Origin: an uncultured Verrucomicrobiae bacterium
GTDB taxonomy: Bacteria > Verrucomicrobiota > Verrucomicrobiia > Limisphaerales > Palsa-1400
NCBI GenBank assembly: GCA_963702845.1
Contig: OY969763.1
Coordinates: 5,056,001 to 5,120,000, forward strand
Direction of reading: 5' to 3'
DNA: 64,000 nt
The notes beneath the pieces are model-generated. The model searched no databases. It was not told the origin of the DNA and saw nothing but the letters and a program-made list of their open reading frames with translations. Position numbers and translations under genes: made by a program. Positions 18,661 to 29,353 of this stretch are shown one piece after another. Each line of letters starts with the position of its first letter. The stretch's first letter is position 1.

Positions 18661-20376
18661 ATGCGTTGGACACAGGCTTTGATTCCTACTTTGAAAGAAA
18701 CGCCCGCTGAAGCGGAGATTCTTTCGCACAAATTGCTGCTACGTGCCGGACTGGTGCGCAAGTTGACCGGTGGACTTTACACGTTCCTGCCGCTCGGGCT
18801 GCGCGCGTTGCGCAAGGTCGAACAAATCGTGCGCGAGGAAATGGACCGTGCGGGTGCGCTCGAAGTGCTCATGCCCGCGCTGCAACCGCCGGAAATCTGG
18901 CAGCAAAGCGGCCGTTACGAAACCGCCCAGGCAGTGTTCTTCAAGGTGCGCGATCGCGCCAAGAAAGAATGGATTCTCGGGCCAACGCATGAGGAAGTCA
19001 TCACCACGCTGGTTGCGGGTGAACTGAGTTCCTATCGTCAGTTGCCGAAGAATTTTTACCAGATCCAAACAAAGTTTCGTGATGAAATCCGTCCGCGCTT
19101 CGGCCTGATGCGTGCGAAGGAATTCATCATGAAGGACGCTTACAGCTTCGACGCCACCGAAGACGGCGCGCAGGTCAGTTACAAGAAAATGTATGACGCT
19201 TATACGCGCATCTTCCAACGTTGCGGTTTGAAGGCAATGGCGGTGGAAGCGGACACCGGGGTGATGGGTGGAAAGTTTTCACATGAATTCATGGTGCCCG
19301 CGGAGACCGGGGAAAACGAAGTGGTTTACTGCGACGGTTGCAATTATGCGGCGAACATCGAAAAGGCAACCAGCCGCCACATGATGCACGCGGACACGGG
19401 CGAGAAGGAGTTACCGATTGAAAAGTTTGCCACGCCCGGAGCAGTCACCATCGAGGCATTGACGAAGCCTCCGTATGGCGTGGCGGCGCATCAACAGATT
19501 AAGACGCTCGTTTACGTCGCTCTGGACAAACCGGTTTTGATTTTGTTGCGCGGCGATCATCAGTTGAACGAAGCCAAACTCACTGGCACGCTCGGCACGG
19601 CCACGTTCCGTCCAGCGACGCCGGAGGAAATCGTCGACCTGCTCAAAGCTAAGCCGGGCAGTCTCGGGGCGGTGGGTGTGAAGGATGTTTCTGTTTACGC
19701 CGACGAAGTTTTGCGCGGCGCGAGCGCGATGACCACAGGCGCGAATGAAGATGGTTTCCACCTGCGCAATGTGGCGGTAGGACGCGACCTTCATCCGACG
19801 CACTGGGCTGACCTGCGCACGACGCAACTGGGTGAAGCGTGTTCGAATTGCGGCAAGCCTCTGAAAATTCAGCGCGCGATTGAAGTGGGGCACGTTTTCA
19901 AGCTCGGCACTAAATACAGCGAGGCTTTGAACGCGTTGTTTGTCGATGAAAACAGCCAGCAAAATCCCGCCATCATGGGTTGTTATGGCATCGGTGTGAC
20001 GCGCACGTTGCAAGCGGTCATCGAGCAGTGCAACGACAAGGACGGCATCGTTTGGCCGATCAGCGTTGCGCCTTACACGGTTTGCATCACGCCGCTCAGT
20101 GTGGCGAAAGACGGCGCGGTTATGCAATTGGCTGAAAAAATTTATAGCGAACTCACGTCGCGCGGGATTGACGTCATCATGGATGATCGCGATGAACGGC
20201 CTGGGATGAAGTTCAAAGATTCCGAATTGGTCGGTTTTCCCATCCGCATTGGTATCGGCGAGAAATCGCTGGCTAAAGGCGAAGTGGAAATTAAACCGCG
20301 CGCGGGAGCGATGCTTCCGACAAAGCCCGAGGAGGCTGTGGCGAAGGTACTTGAATTGATTAAGGCCCAGTCATGA
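18661..20376 (+). CDS. proS: Proline--tRNA ligase (bacterial type with editing insertion)
   Basis: LGPTHEE, FRDEIRPRFGLMRAKEFIMKDAYSF, IEVGHVFKLGTKYS, MGCYGIG. Confidence 0.98.
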   Translation: MRWTQALIPTLKETPAEAEILSHKLLLRAGLVRKLTGGLYTFLPLGLRALRKVEQIVREEMDRAGALEVLMPALQPPEIWQQSGRYETAQAVFFKVRDRAKKEWILGPTHEEVITTLVAGELSSYRQLPKNFYQIQTKFRDEIRPRFGLMRAKEFIMKDAYSFDATEDGAQVSYKKMYDAYTRIFQRCGLKAMAVEADTGVMGGKFSHEFMVPAETGENEVVYCDGCNYAANIEKATSRHMMHADTGEKELPIEKFATPGAVTIEALTKPPYGVAAHQQIKTLVYVALDKPVLILLRGDHQLNEAKLTGTLGTATFRPATPEEIVDLLKAKPGSLGAVGVKDVSVYADEVLRGASAMTTGANEDGFHLRNVAVGRDLHPTHWADLRTTQLGEACSNCGKPLKIQRAIEVGHVFKLGTKYSEALNALFVDENSQQNPAIMGCYGIGVTRTLQAVIEQCNDKDGIVWPISVAPYTVCITPLSVAKDGAVMQLAEKIYSELTSRGIDVIMDDRDERPGMKFKDSELVGFPIRIGIGEKSLAKGEVEIKPRAGAMLPTKPEEAVAKVLELIKAQS

Positions 20377-20545
20377 ACCTCAGGTGCCGCCTAAACCTAT
20401 TTGCCCCGAGGTGCGTTTTAAAATATATTTGACCCGTCGGGAACAGATGGTGCTGCTGGTCATTGCAGCATTGCTGGTGCTCGGTTGGTTTGTGCGCCAT
20501 TATCAGCGCACGCACCCTCGCCCCTCGACGATGCGAATAAATTAA

Positions 20546-20974
20546 ATGCAACCCGTAGAATTCGAGCAAGTCATTAGGACAATCGTGGAACGCGACGCGC
20601 GTTTCAAACGCGAGGCTTATTTTTTCATTCGCGAAGCGCTCGAATATACCCAAAAAATGTTAGGCCGGCCCACCGCTGACGAAATCCGGCACGTGACCGG
20701 ACGCGATTTACTGGATGGCATCCGCCATTATGCGCTTGAGCAATACGGGCCCATGGTGCCGACGGTCCTTGGTGAATGGGGCATTCACAAGTGCGAAGAT
20801 GTGGGCGAAATTGTGTTCAACATGGTCGAAGCGAATTTGCTCGCGAAAACCGACACCGATTCGCGCGAAGATTTCAAAGGCGTCTACGATTTTGACGAGA
20901 CTTTTGCAAAGCCGTTCCGTCCGGCCAGACGAACGGCCGCTGCAACGTCCTTCCCCGAACTAAAAACAAAGTGA
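20546..20974 (+). CDS. Verrucomicrobia/Planctomycetes conserved protein (TIGR04138 / Minf_1886-like)
   Basis: RDARF..EAY.F..EAL, RHVTG..LL.GIR, WGI..ED.GEIVFNMVE, DSREDF. Confidence 0.85.
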   Translation: MQPVEFEQVIRTIVERDARFKREAYFFIREALEYTQKMLGRPTADEIRHVTGRDLLDGIRHYALEQYGPMVPTVLGEWGIHKCEDVGEIVFNMVEANLLAKTDTDSREDFKGVYDFDETFAKPFRPARRTAAATSFPELKTK

Positions 20975-23511
20975 ACGAAATTCCCGCCGTCCCGCCGAAT
21001 GTGCGCATGGTCACGCTGGAAAACGGCTTGGTGATCATTGTGCGCGAAGACCATAGTGCGCCCGTCGTTTCGGTTCAGGCGTGGTGCCAGACCGGCAGCA
21101 TTCATGAAGATAAATGGCTTGGGGCCGGTCTATCGCATGTGCTCGAACACATGCTTTTCAAAGGCACGACTAACCGGCCCGGCAGCCGCATCGACCAGGA
21201 AGTGCAGGAAGCCGGCGGTTACATGAACGCTTACACGTCGTTCGATCGCACGGTTTATCACATCAACGTCCCGAACACCGGCGCGAAAGTCGCAATCGAT
21301 ATTCTTTGCGACATCATGCAGCACGCCACGTTGCCGGCGGATGAATTGGCGAAGGAACTCGACGTCATCCGGCGCGAAATGGATATGAACCAGGACGACC
21401 CGGGCCGGCGCGCGGGCCGGCGTTTGTTCGAATGTGCGTTCATGCGCAGCCCATATCGGTTCACCATTATTGGCTATCCCGAAATTTTCAACGAACTCAA
21501 ACCCGAGAACATCATCGGCTATTACCGCGACCGCTACATTCCGAACAACATGTTTTTTGTGGTGACCGGCGATATCAAAACCGAGGAGGCGATCGCGCAA
21601 ATCACCTGTGCGTTCAAAGGCAGCAAAGCGCGACCGATGGCGCCGCTGCTGTTGCCGCCGGAACCGAAACAAACCGGCGGACGCGAGATCATTGAAGAAG
21701 CGCCCATTGAGCTCGGGCACTTGCACGTGAGTTGGCACACGCCAGATCTGCGGCACCCCGATATGCCGGTGTTGGATATTTTGGCGGCATTGCTCGGCAG
21801 CGGGCGCAGTGCGCGGTTGTATCGCGAAGTGCGTGAGAAAAAAGGTTTGGTCACTTCGATTGATGCGTGGACTTACAATCCCGGCGAGATCGGATTGTTC
21901 GGCGCGAGTGCGGTTGTTGACGCGAAGAACTTCACGGCGGCGCGCGATGCGTTGTTCGCCGAAATCGAGCGCATCAAGAACGAACCAGTGCCCGCCGAAG
22001 AATTGGCGAAGGTAGTAAAACAATTCGTCGCTTCCACTCTCGGCGACCCGCAAGACCATGCACGGACAGGCGCAGGAACTGGGCGCAAATTGGATTGGCA
22101 CGAACGATCTGAATTTTTCCGAACGTTATATGGCGGCGATCAAAGCCGTTTCAGCCGATGACCTGCAGCGCGTCGCGCGAAAATATTTCACGAGCCAGAA
22201 CCGCACAGTTTATGCTCTCTTGCCGCAAAGGCGCCGCACCTCAGGCTCAGCAGGCAGACCAGGTCGTTCAAAGAGAACCCGATCCAAAAGATCACGTTGC
22301 CAAACGGCCTGCGTTTGCTGGTGAAGGAGGATCATCGGCTCCCGTTCGTCGAAATTCGCGCGGCATTCCAAGGCGGCGTGCTCGCCGAAACTGAAACGAA
22401 CAACGGCGTCTGCCAGCTCATGTCGAAGATGTTGATGCAAGGCACGGCGCGTCGTTCAGCGGAACAGATTGCTATCGAGATTGAATCGGTCGGCGGCAGC
22501 ATCGACTCGTTCGGCGGCAATAACAGCTTCGGCGTTTCCGTTGAAGTGCTCAGCAGCGATTTTGATACCGGCATGGATGTGTTCGCTGACGTCATGTTGC
22601 GCCCGTCGTTTCCGGGTGATCCATTCGAAGTCGAGCGCCGCGTCCAACTGGAAAGTATTCGCGAGCAGCGCGATCATCTGCTCCACAGTTGCAGCCGCGC
22701 CATGCGCCGCGCCTTGTTTGGTACGACGACGTATGGCCTGGACTCCAGCGGCACCGAAACGAGCGTCGCCGCGCTGAACACGAAAGACCTCCAGGAATTT
22801 CACAAACGATTTGCCGTTCCGAACAATTGCGTGCTCGCCATTTTCGGCGACATCACTGTCGACCACGTTAAAGACGCCGTTACCAAAACGTTTGGTGACT
22901 GGAAGAAGAACGACTCGTTGCCTACCGAAATCCCCAGATCGGCGCCATTGAAAGAATTCCGTCGCGTCGCCGAAACGCGCGATAAAAAACAAGCTGTGCT
23001 TGTGATGGGTTTCTCGGGCGTTAGTGTCAAAGACTCGGAGCGCTACGCGCTCGAGCTCGTGCAGGAAGCCTGCAGTGATTTAGGTTCGCGCCTGTTCCTG
23101 CGCATTCGTGAAGAACTCGGCCTCGCCTACTATTGCGGCGCACAAAATTTCCTTGGAGTCGCCCCGGGCTACTTCGCGTTCTACGTCGGCACCGCGCCGG
23201 ACCAAGTCAAACTCGTCGAAGAAGAGTTGCTGAAAGAAGCCGCGCTCCTTCGCGAAAAAGGCCTGAACGCTGAAGAGCTCGCTCGTGCCAAAGCCAAACT
23301 CATTGGCCAAAAGAAAATCGCCCGTCAGGATCTCGGCGGTTTAGCCCAAACCGTGGCATTAGACGAACTCTACGGATTGGGCTACGAAAATAACGACACC
23401 GAAGATTCCAAATACGAATCAATCACCATCGAGCAAACGAAGCAAGTCGCGCAGAAGTATTTGAAAGCCGATGTGCTGGTGGTGTCAATCGTTGCGCCGG
23501 AGAAGGCGTAG
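20971..23511 (+). CDS. M16 family (pitrilysin/PqqL-like) zinc protease with two fused halves; three apparent +1 insertions at ~22041, ~22226 and ~22270
   Basis: HVLEH inverted zinc motif and MNAYTS; continuous homology across ORFs 20971, 22058, 22158 and 22297; second half LPNGLRLLV...SRLFLRIREELGLAY. Confidence 0.88.
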
Positions 23512-23528
23512 TCGCACGTCGAAAGCGC

Positions 23529-24005
23529 CTACTGCGGCCCAACCACTCGATCCCGTCGCCAGTTCAACTTGTCCAATGGCGGTGGCACTGGCACTTTAAC
23601 CGACAACATGTAGTGACAGTTTTTGCAGTAAAACTCTTTGTCAATGATGTGGAAAAAACAAAGGATTTCGACGAACACCGGCAACACAAATTTACGACTG
23701 AACTGCGGATATTCGATGTCGGGAGACTTGCATTGCGGACAACACATCTCGTGGCGAAGGAGGTGCGATTGCGGATCGGTGTCCTGAAGAAATTTTCGGG
23801 CGCGTTCGTAGTCGCGCAACGGCACCTCGACCTTTTCATTTGCGAACGGCCGGGACATGTAGAAAAATCTTTGAACCTTGGTTTCATCGGCGACCTGCGC
23901 TTCGAAGCCCTCTTGCATCAATCGTTTTGCCACAGCCTCGGCATCGTCGCGTTCGTTGAAGGTAGCCACCACGGCGGTCCTGCCTATTACCGTTTTCCCT
24001 GCCAT
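23529..24005 (-). CDS. Hypothetical protein: DUF2007-like N-terminus, Cys-rich zinc ribbon and one hydrophobic segment
   Basis: VATFNERDDAEAV..RL..EGFEA.V.DE; CPQC...CKNC. Confidence 0.65.
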   Translation of the reverse strand: MAGKTVIGRTAVVATFNERDDAEAVAKRLMQEGFEAQVADETKVQRFFYMSRPFANEKVEVPLRDYERARKFLQDTDPQSHLLRHEMCCPQCKSPDIEYPQFSRKFVLPVFVEILCFFHIIDKEFYCKNCHYMLSVKVPVPPPLDKLNWRRDRVVGPQ

Positions 24006-24057
24006 ACAGGAATCTAATCCATGTTCAGCAAAAGCTCAACTGAGGGGTGACTATAAG

Positions 24058-25293
24058 TTAACCTTTGAAATTCTTCCCGACGTATTCCGCAATCTCCCCA
24101 CCAATCGCCAACGAAGCGGTCGCTCCGGGGCTCGGCGCATTAAGCACGTGCAATGCACGCGGGCGTTCGACTAAACAAAAGTCCTGCAGCAATTCGCCTT
24201 GGGGCGACATCGCTTGCGCACGAACACCGGCACCACCGGGCGCGAGATCGGACGCTTTGATTTCAGGGACGAGGCGTTGCAACGCCGCGGCAAACAGATC
24301 TTTGCTGAACGAACGCTGGATTTCGTGCCAGCTCATGCGCTTGTGTTTGCCCATGAACCGCCAGAGACCCGAGAAAGACACCGCGTCCCATAAATCGGTA
24401 AGATTGATTTTACGCCAGGTATAACCTTCACGCGACAACGCCAGGACGGCGTTTGGCCCCGCTTCAACACCGCCTTCGATGAGGCGCGTAAAATGCACAC
24501 CAAGAAACGGAAACTGCGGATCGGGCACAGGATAAATCAAATTGCGCACCAGGCTCTGGCGCTCGGGCCGAATCTTGTAATACTCACCGCGGAACGGAAT
24601 GATGCGCACGTCGCGCTTTTCGCCAGCCAACTCAGCAACGCGATCGCAATGCAGCCCTCCGCAGTTAACAATGTAATCAGCTTCCCAGGTGTTACTGATG
24701 ATCGGCGGGGAATTGGGGTTTTCCGTTTCAACCAGCCAACCGTTCGACTTCGCCTCAAGCCGAACGACTTTCGCGCGCGTGACGACCTGACCGCCACCGG
24801 CAGTGATTTTTTTTAACATCGCATGCGCGACTTCAACGTAATCAACGATGCCTTCCTGCGGCACATGAACCGCTTCAATGCCAGCCACGTGCGGTTCGAT
24901 CTCCAGCATCTGTCCACGGTTGAGCTTGCGCATACCTTGCAAGCCGTTTTGCGTGCCGCGTTCGTACAATTTGTGCAGTCGCTCGCGCTCGGTCTCATCG
25001 ACGGCCACGACCAACTTGCCGCAAATCTCGTGTCGGATGTTGTTCTCCTGGCAAAACGCCACCATCTCGCGAATACCGGAAACGGCGAGGCGCGCCTTGA
25101 TTGAGCCGGGTTTGTAATAAAGCCCCGCGTGCAACACGCCGCTGTTATTGCCGGATTGATGACGTGCAACGTCCGGTTCCTTTTCGAGCACGACGATTTC
25201 GACGTCAGGAAACTTCTTGCCGAGTTTGATCGCGGTGCCCAACCCAACGATCCCGCCGCCTATGATGATGATTCGTTTCTTAGCCAATCCCAT
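24058..25293 (-). CDS. lhgO: L-2-hydroxyglutarate oxidase
   Basis: GGGIVG FAD motif, HQSGNNSGVLHAGLYYKPGS, IYPVPDPQFPFLGVHFT, NAPSPGATASL. Confidence 0.93.
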   Translation of the reverse strand: MGLAKKRIIIIGGGIVGLGTAIKLGKKFPDVEIVVLEKEPDVARHQSGNNSGVLHAGLYYKPGSIKARLAVSGIREMVAFCQENNIRHEICGKLVVAVDETERERLHKLYERGTQNGLQGMRKLNRGQMLEIEPHVAGIEAVHVPQEGIVDYVEVAHAMLKKITAGGGQVVTRAKVVRLEAKSNGWLVETENPNSPPIISNTWEADYIVNCGGLHCDRVAELAGEKRDVRIIPFRGEYYKIRPERQSLVRNLIYPVPDPQFPFLGVHFTRLIEGGVEAGPNAVLALSREGYTWRKINLTDLWDAVSFSGLWRFMGKHKRMSWHEIQRSFSKDLFAAALQRLVPEIKASDLAPGGAGVRAQAMSPQGELLQDFCLVERPRALHVLNAPSPGATASLAIGGEIAEYVGKNFKG

Positions 25294-25388
25294 ACAAAGT
25301 GGGAACATTCGCCGGTCAGGTCAAGAATGGGTCTTTCTTTGGTCGACCGCACTGTTTCCATCCCGTCATCATTTTGTTAAACAAAACC

Positions 25389-25841
25389 ATGCGCGCAGTC
25401 ATTCAACGGGTCAGCCAGGCCAATGTCGTCATTGAAGGAAACACCAAAGGTGCTACCCAACACGGCTTACTAGTTCTTGTTGCCATGGAAGACAGTGACA
25501 CCGCCCAAGACATCGAGTGGCTCAGCGGCAAGATCGTTCGCCTGCGTATCTTCAATGATGACGCGGGACTGATGAATCGCTCGGTGCAAGATATCGGCGG
25601 TGACATTCTCGTCATCAGCCAATTCACCCTTTTCGCCAGCACAAAAAAAGGCAATCGTCCGTCGTTCAGTCGGTCGGCCCGACCGGAGATTGCGATTCCA
25701 CTTTACGAACAATTCGTTCGTAAGATTTCGGAAGACCTCGGTAAACCGGTGCAGACCGGAGAATTTGGCGCGGATATGAAAGTGAGTCTGACGAATAATG
25801 GGCCGGTGACTATTGTCATTGATTCGAAAAATCCCGAGTAG
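25389..25841 (+). CDS. dtd: D-aminoacyl-tRNA deacylase
   Basis: MRAVIQRV, SQFTL, KGNRPSF, FGADMKV, NGPVT. Confidence 0.97.
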   Translation: MRAVIQRVSQANVVIEGNTKGATQHGLLVLVAMEDSDTAQDIEWLSGKIVRLRIFNDDAGLMNRSVQDIGGDILVISQFTLFASTKKGNRPSFSRSARPEIAIPLYEQFVRKISEDLGKPVQTGEFGADMKVSLTNNGPVTIVIDSKNPE

Positions 25842-26134
25842 ATTATGGCGGAACGCTTGTGAAAAGCGAGCCGTACGTACACGAGAATGATAACGGAGCC
25901 GACGACAATTACAAATACGGCGAGACTGATGCGGGCGCAGATAATTCCCCATTTCAAGTAACTGCGTGCCGGGTTCCACATTCCGTTGGGGTCGCGTTTC
26001 ACACGCCAATATTGCTGCAAAGCCCTGATCGCGAGTGGGAGGCCGAGCACAGGGATAAGTCCAATCACTCCGCAATAAAAACAACTGAGCGAGCGCTCGA
26101 TCAGCAGGACTTTGGCTGGCTTGTCGGTGTTCAT
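25703..26134 (-). CDS. Small two-TM membrane protein, DUF4190-like; last gene of the pilin operon (3' end uncertain)
   Basis: CG.IGLIPVLGLPLAI.A...GIICA two-helix pattern; ATGA overlap with the upstream gene. Confidence 0.55.
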   Translation of the reverse strand: MNTDKPAKVLLIERSLSCFYCGVIGLIPVLGLPLAIRALQQYWRVKRDPNGMWNPARSYLKWGIICARISLAVFVIVVGSVIILVYVRLAFHKRSAIIYSGFFESMTIVTGPLFVRLTFISAPNSPVCTGLPRSSEILRTNCS

Positions 26135-26349
26135 TGCGGCGGAGTCACTGTTGTGGATTGAGCGCGCACGGTAGCAAGACGGTTCGTTTGTTGCTTATCG
26201 AGTGCGTCGAGTTCCCGGGACAGGCGCGTCAAAGTTTTACTGTTCACCGTGAACAGCACGAACATGATCGCGAGCATCGTTAAAATAGCGATGAGCGCCG
26301 AAGCCCGACGTTTGCGTGTTTGTGGAATGGTTGCAAACGATGTTTTCAT
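26131..26349 (-). CDS. Small prepilin-like protein (GspK/PilX/ComGG-type N-terminus lacking Glu5)
   Basis: Basic leader RKRRA followed by SALIAILTMLAIMFVLF; ATGA overlaps on both sides. Confidence 0.65.
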   Translation of the reverse strand: MKTSFATIPQTRKRRASALIAILTMLAIMFVLFTVNSKTLTRLSRELDALDKQQTNRLATVRAQSTTVTPPQ

Positions 26350-26837
26350 TGTTTTCCCTCGTGTGCAGCAACTGCTTCGAATGTGAACAGCGGACGAAAC
26401 TGCAGGTCCTTCCGGTTATGTTGCAGCTCCACTTCCCACCGCCATCCGCTGACTTGTGTTCGACGGTCTGACTGCATTTGAGAGAACGCTACGCGCGCGA
26501 GGGTTCGCGGTTGTTGGCCTGACGCTTTTCTCGAGACCATTCCATTAGCGAACGCGTAAACGATTTCTCCTCGTGCACTTGGGATATGCAGTTCATGACC
26601 ATCGCGGGAAGTGATCAGGCCGGTCGCCGACCGAATATCTGTCCGCCATAGTTCACCAGCGTTGATCGTGCGCGTGATGTCGTCCGCGTTACGGCGCACG
26701 GCGATGTTGTTTGACCATGCGCGATAAAGCAAAGAGCCGCCAACGCCGAGAACCAAAACCAACACAGCGATATAAGCAATCGCTTCGATAAGCATGATGC
26801 CGCGAGAACTCGCGCGGAGTTGCAAGCGCGTTTTCAT
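26346..26837 (-). CDS. Prepilin-like protein (GspJ/PilW-like minor pilin)
   Basis: SSRG|IMLIEAIAYIAVLVLVLG class III signal peptide with Glu5. Confidence 0.8.
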   Translation of the reverse strand: MKTRLQLRASSRGIMLIEAIAYIAVLVLVLGVGGSLLYRAWSNNIAVRRNADDITRTINAGELWRTDIRSATGLITSRDGHELHIPSARGEIVYAFANGMVSRKASGQQPRTLARVAFSQMQSDRRTQVSGWRWEVELQHNRKDLQFRPLFTFEAVAAHEGKQ

Positions 26838-27214
26838 TTGAGCTTCACCTCGCGCGCCAGTGTCCCTATTCCCATTTTGTTCGCTGGTCGCCACTCCAGG
26901 CGCAGGACGTTTGCGGTTCGCGAAATTCGGAAGTCGCCCGGCGGCAAATTGGTTGCGGCATTCGCGTGAACCGCGTAGTCGTGAGTCCCCTCGGGCACCT
27001 GCTGCCATTCTCCAGCAGCCAACAGCTCGATTTCGCCATCGAGAACTTCCCGTGCAATGGCCTTTTGATAAGTCGTGCGAAGTTGGCGTGCATCACTATT
27101 CGCGGAAAAGGCCAACGGCAACATCGCGATCACCAGAACACCCATCGCGACGATCATTTCAGCAATCAAGGCGCCGCGTTGTTGAGCTTTGGAAGACCGA
27201 TTCGTGATCACCAT
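26834..27214 (-). CDS. Prepilin-like protein (GspI/PilV-like minor pilin)
   Basis: QQRG|ALIAEMIVAMGVLVIAML class III signal peptide with Glu5. Confidence 0.8.
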   Translation of the reverse strand: MVITNRSSKAQQRGALIAEMIVAMGVLVIAMLPLAFSANSDARQLRTTYQKAIAREVLDGEIELLAAGEWQQVPEGTHDYAVHANAATNLPPGDFRISRTANVLRLEWRPANKMGIGTLAREVKLK

Positions 27215-28359
27215 AAGACCCCCGCGTTAATGATAGAAATCAGGACGCCAAAAACTGCGAAGACAATCACGCCTACCACCGCGCCGTTCCATATCACAAA
27301 TCCCGAAGTAATCGTGTGCGCAGCCGCTTGTTCCTGTTGAAATGCTTTGGCGTCCAGCCACGCGTTCCAACCAGCAAGTGCTTCGACGAAACCGCTGTGT
27401 TGATGAATCGCGTTCCTCAATCGCCAGCCGAATTCGCCCGAGACATCCATCGCTTGAATCGCTTCGGGAAGCGCAACGCCGCGTTTTAGTGCGTCTGCGA
27501 CGGACGCGGCACGGTATTGAAAAATCCGGTTCGCTGTGCAATCGGCGGCAATCACGACCGCGTCCGGTTCAGGAACTCCGGAGTCCAGCAACACGGCGAG
27601 AACCGTTGAGAAATCACGTTCCATGCGCTTGCGGCGCCATGGCAGCCGAAAATAGGCCGAGTGAAGAACGGGAAACCATGAAGCGAGCCGCGGGCCGCCG
27701 GCATAGATGAATGCGCCACACCAAATCAGCGCCAGAACAAACAACTGCAGAAGTAGTAATTGAAAACCATTTTCCAAGAGAAGGTTCGAGACAGTTCCGG
27801 GATGCGCTACCCCCACTATGTTCCCGTGCGCTATTTCTCGGAATTTCGGAAAAATGAAAACATTCAACGCCCACAGCACCCAGATGCTGGCGGGCGTGAC
27901 GACAAACGTCATGACCACGAGATAATTCATCGCACTGCGCGTTTGCGACACGGCGTCACGCAGCAATTGACGGCACGCAGGCAGGACCTTTGCGAAATCC
28001 CCGATTTTGCGGCCGGCATGTAGCATCGCGATGATTTGCGGCGGGAGAAAACGCGGCACTTTTGTGAGTGCGTCGAGGAGTGGCACGTTTTGCTCTATCC
28101 ACGCCGCCAAAATATGGAACCGCACGCCAACCGATAAATCGCGACTCGCAGCCACCGACAGGATGGTCTGCTCCGCCGTCCGCCCCTGTTGCAAACCATC
28201 GCTAATGAGATCAAGAAATAACCGTGCGCGTTCGGCCCGCCGCATTGGCAGCGTGAGAAAAAAATGAGCGAGAGCGACGAGCGCGAAACAGACCGCGAAC
28301 CAGAGCACAGTCAGGAACAACGCGACAATTAAGCGAATGATGAATTCATCGAGGTCCAT
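27208..28359 (-). CDS. Type II secretion F / PilC family platform protein (copy 2, extra N-terminal TM)
   Basis: Two T2SSF-like repeats (FLDLISDGLQQG; LAVLLDSGVP...LKRGVAL) separated by TM helices; alternative TTG start at 28386. Confidence 0.8.
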   Translation of the reverse strand: MDLDEFIIRLIVALFLTVLWFAVCFALVALAHFFLTLPMRRAERARLFLDLISDGLQQGRTAEQTILSVAASRDLSVGVRFHILAAWIEQNVPLLDALTKVPRFLPPQIIAMLHAGRKIGDFAKVLPACRQLLRDAVSQTRSAMNYLVVMTFVVTPASIWVLWALNVFIFPKFREIAHGNIVGVAHPGTVSNLLLENGFQLLLLQLFVLALIWCGAFIYAGGPRLASWFPVLHSAYFRLPWRRKRMERDFSTVLAVLLDSGVPEPDAVVIAADCTANRIFQYRAASVADALKRGVALPEAIQAMDVSGEFGWRLRNAIHQHSGFVEALAGWNAWLDAKAFQQEQAAAHTITSGFVIWNGAVVGVIVFAVFGVLISIINAGVLW

Positions 28360-28369
28360 ACGCGCGAAG

Positions 28370-29353
28370 TTACTCTGTATTTCCAAGCGCGTTCATAAAG
28401 GAGACGAACGCGGCCATCGTCGGTTGTATTTGCGAAATGATGACCAGCGCAAGGACGAGAATTGAGCACGGCAGAGCGGAATAGAGCAACAGTTCGGTGC
28501 GATAATTGGCGCGGGCTTGATACAACTCGGACGCTCGATCAAAACCCGCAGCGAGATTTTCCTGCGATTGCGCCACCGTCCAAACGAACAATCGCGGAAA
28601 AACTTTTCCATCGGCGGACATTTCAGAGAATCGCCCGTGCCCCGCGGCAAGGCGTTCGCGCCAACGGGTCAACTCAACTCCCGCCGGGGTGCGGCCTTCC
28701 ATCCGTTGTAAAAGCTCAAGAGCATTATCCAACGACACGCCACTCTTGAGCATGAGTGAGAGGGCAGCAGCCGTTTGGGAGAGCGCGTTGTCACGAAAAG
28801 CGGCAATGCGCCAACGCCAGCGCCGGCGAATGGAAGGAGTCAATGCAATGACGCACGCAGCGGCGATAACGACCGCCAATAGGACGGGCGAAAACCATAC
28901 TGCAAACGAGGCATTCCGAAGGATTGGTGCCCCTAAAAAGTCTGTCATCACAAACGCATTCATTTTTCCCAGCAAGATGGCGAGAAAACAGGACAATAAA
29001 AACGAGCCGCCAAGAACGATCGCCGGATAGACCATCAACCCTTTGAGCTTCGTCCAGGCCAGATTGCGGCGTTGGTAATAGTCCGCGAGCATCGTGAGGA
29101 TTGCGGGCAGGTTATTGCTTTGCGCGCCGACGGCGAGCATGCGGCAGTAGAGTTCGGGCAAGTTGCGATTCTGCGCCGCGTCGCTCAGCGAAATTCCTCT
29201 GGCAAGATCGGTCTGCAACTGTTGCAGTTCAGAGCGGAGTTGCCCGGCGCGCATGTCGGCGGTGAGTCGTTGCAGCGCGGACTCGAGCGGGATGCCGTCG
29301 CGCAGCATCGTCGCAAGTTGTTGGTTGAAAAATGCAAATGCGTCGGAGTTCAT
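28370..29353 (-). CDS. Type II secretion F / PilC family platform protein (copy 1)
   Basis: FFNQQLATMLRDGIPLESAL, LARGISLS, MVYP, LSLMLKSGVSL. Confidence 0.88.
   Translation of the reverse strand: MNSDAFAFFNQQLATMLRDGIPLESALQRLTADMRAGQLRSELQQLQTDLARGISLSDAAQNRNLPELYCRMLAVGAQSNNLPAILTMLADYYQRRNLAWTKLKGLMVYPAIVLGGSFLLSCFLAILLGKMNAFVMTDFLGAPILRNASFAVWFSPVLLAVVIAAACVIALTPSIRRRWRWRIAAFRDNALSQTAAALSLMLKSGVSLDNALELLQRMEGRTPAGVELTRWRERLAAGHGRFSEMSADGKVFPRLFVWTVAQSQENLAAGFDRASELYQARANYRTELLLYSALPCSILVLALVIISQIQPTMAAFVSFMNALGNTE

Noticed and set aside
20971..23511. Calling the split genes pseudogenes
   Set aside because: Catalytic motifs are intact and no in-frame stops are evident once the frames are joined
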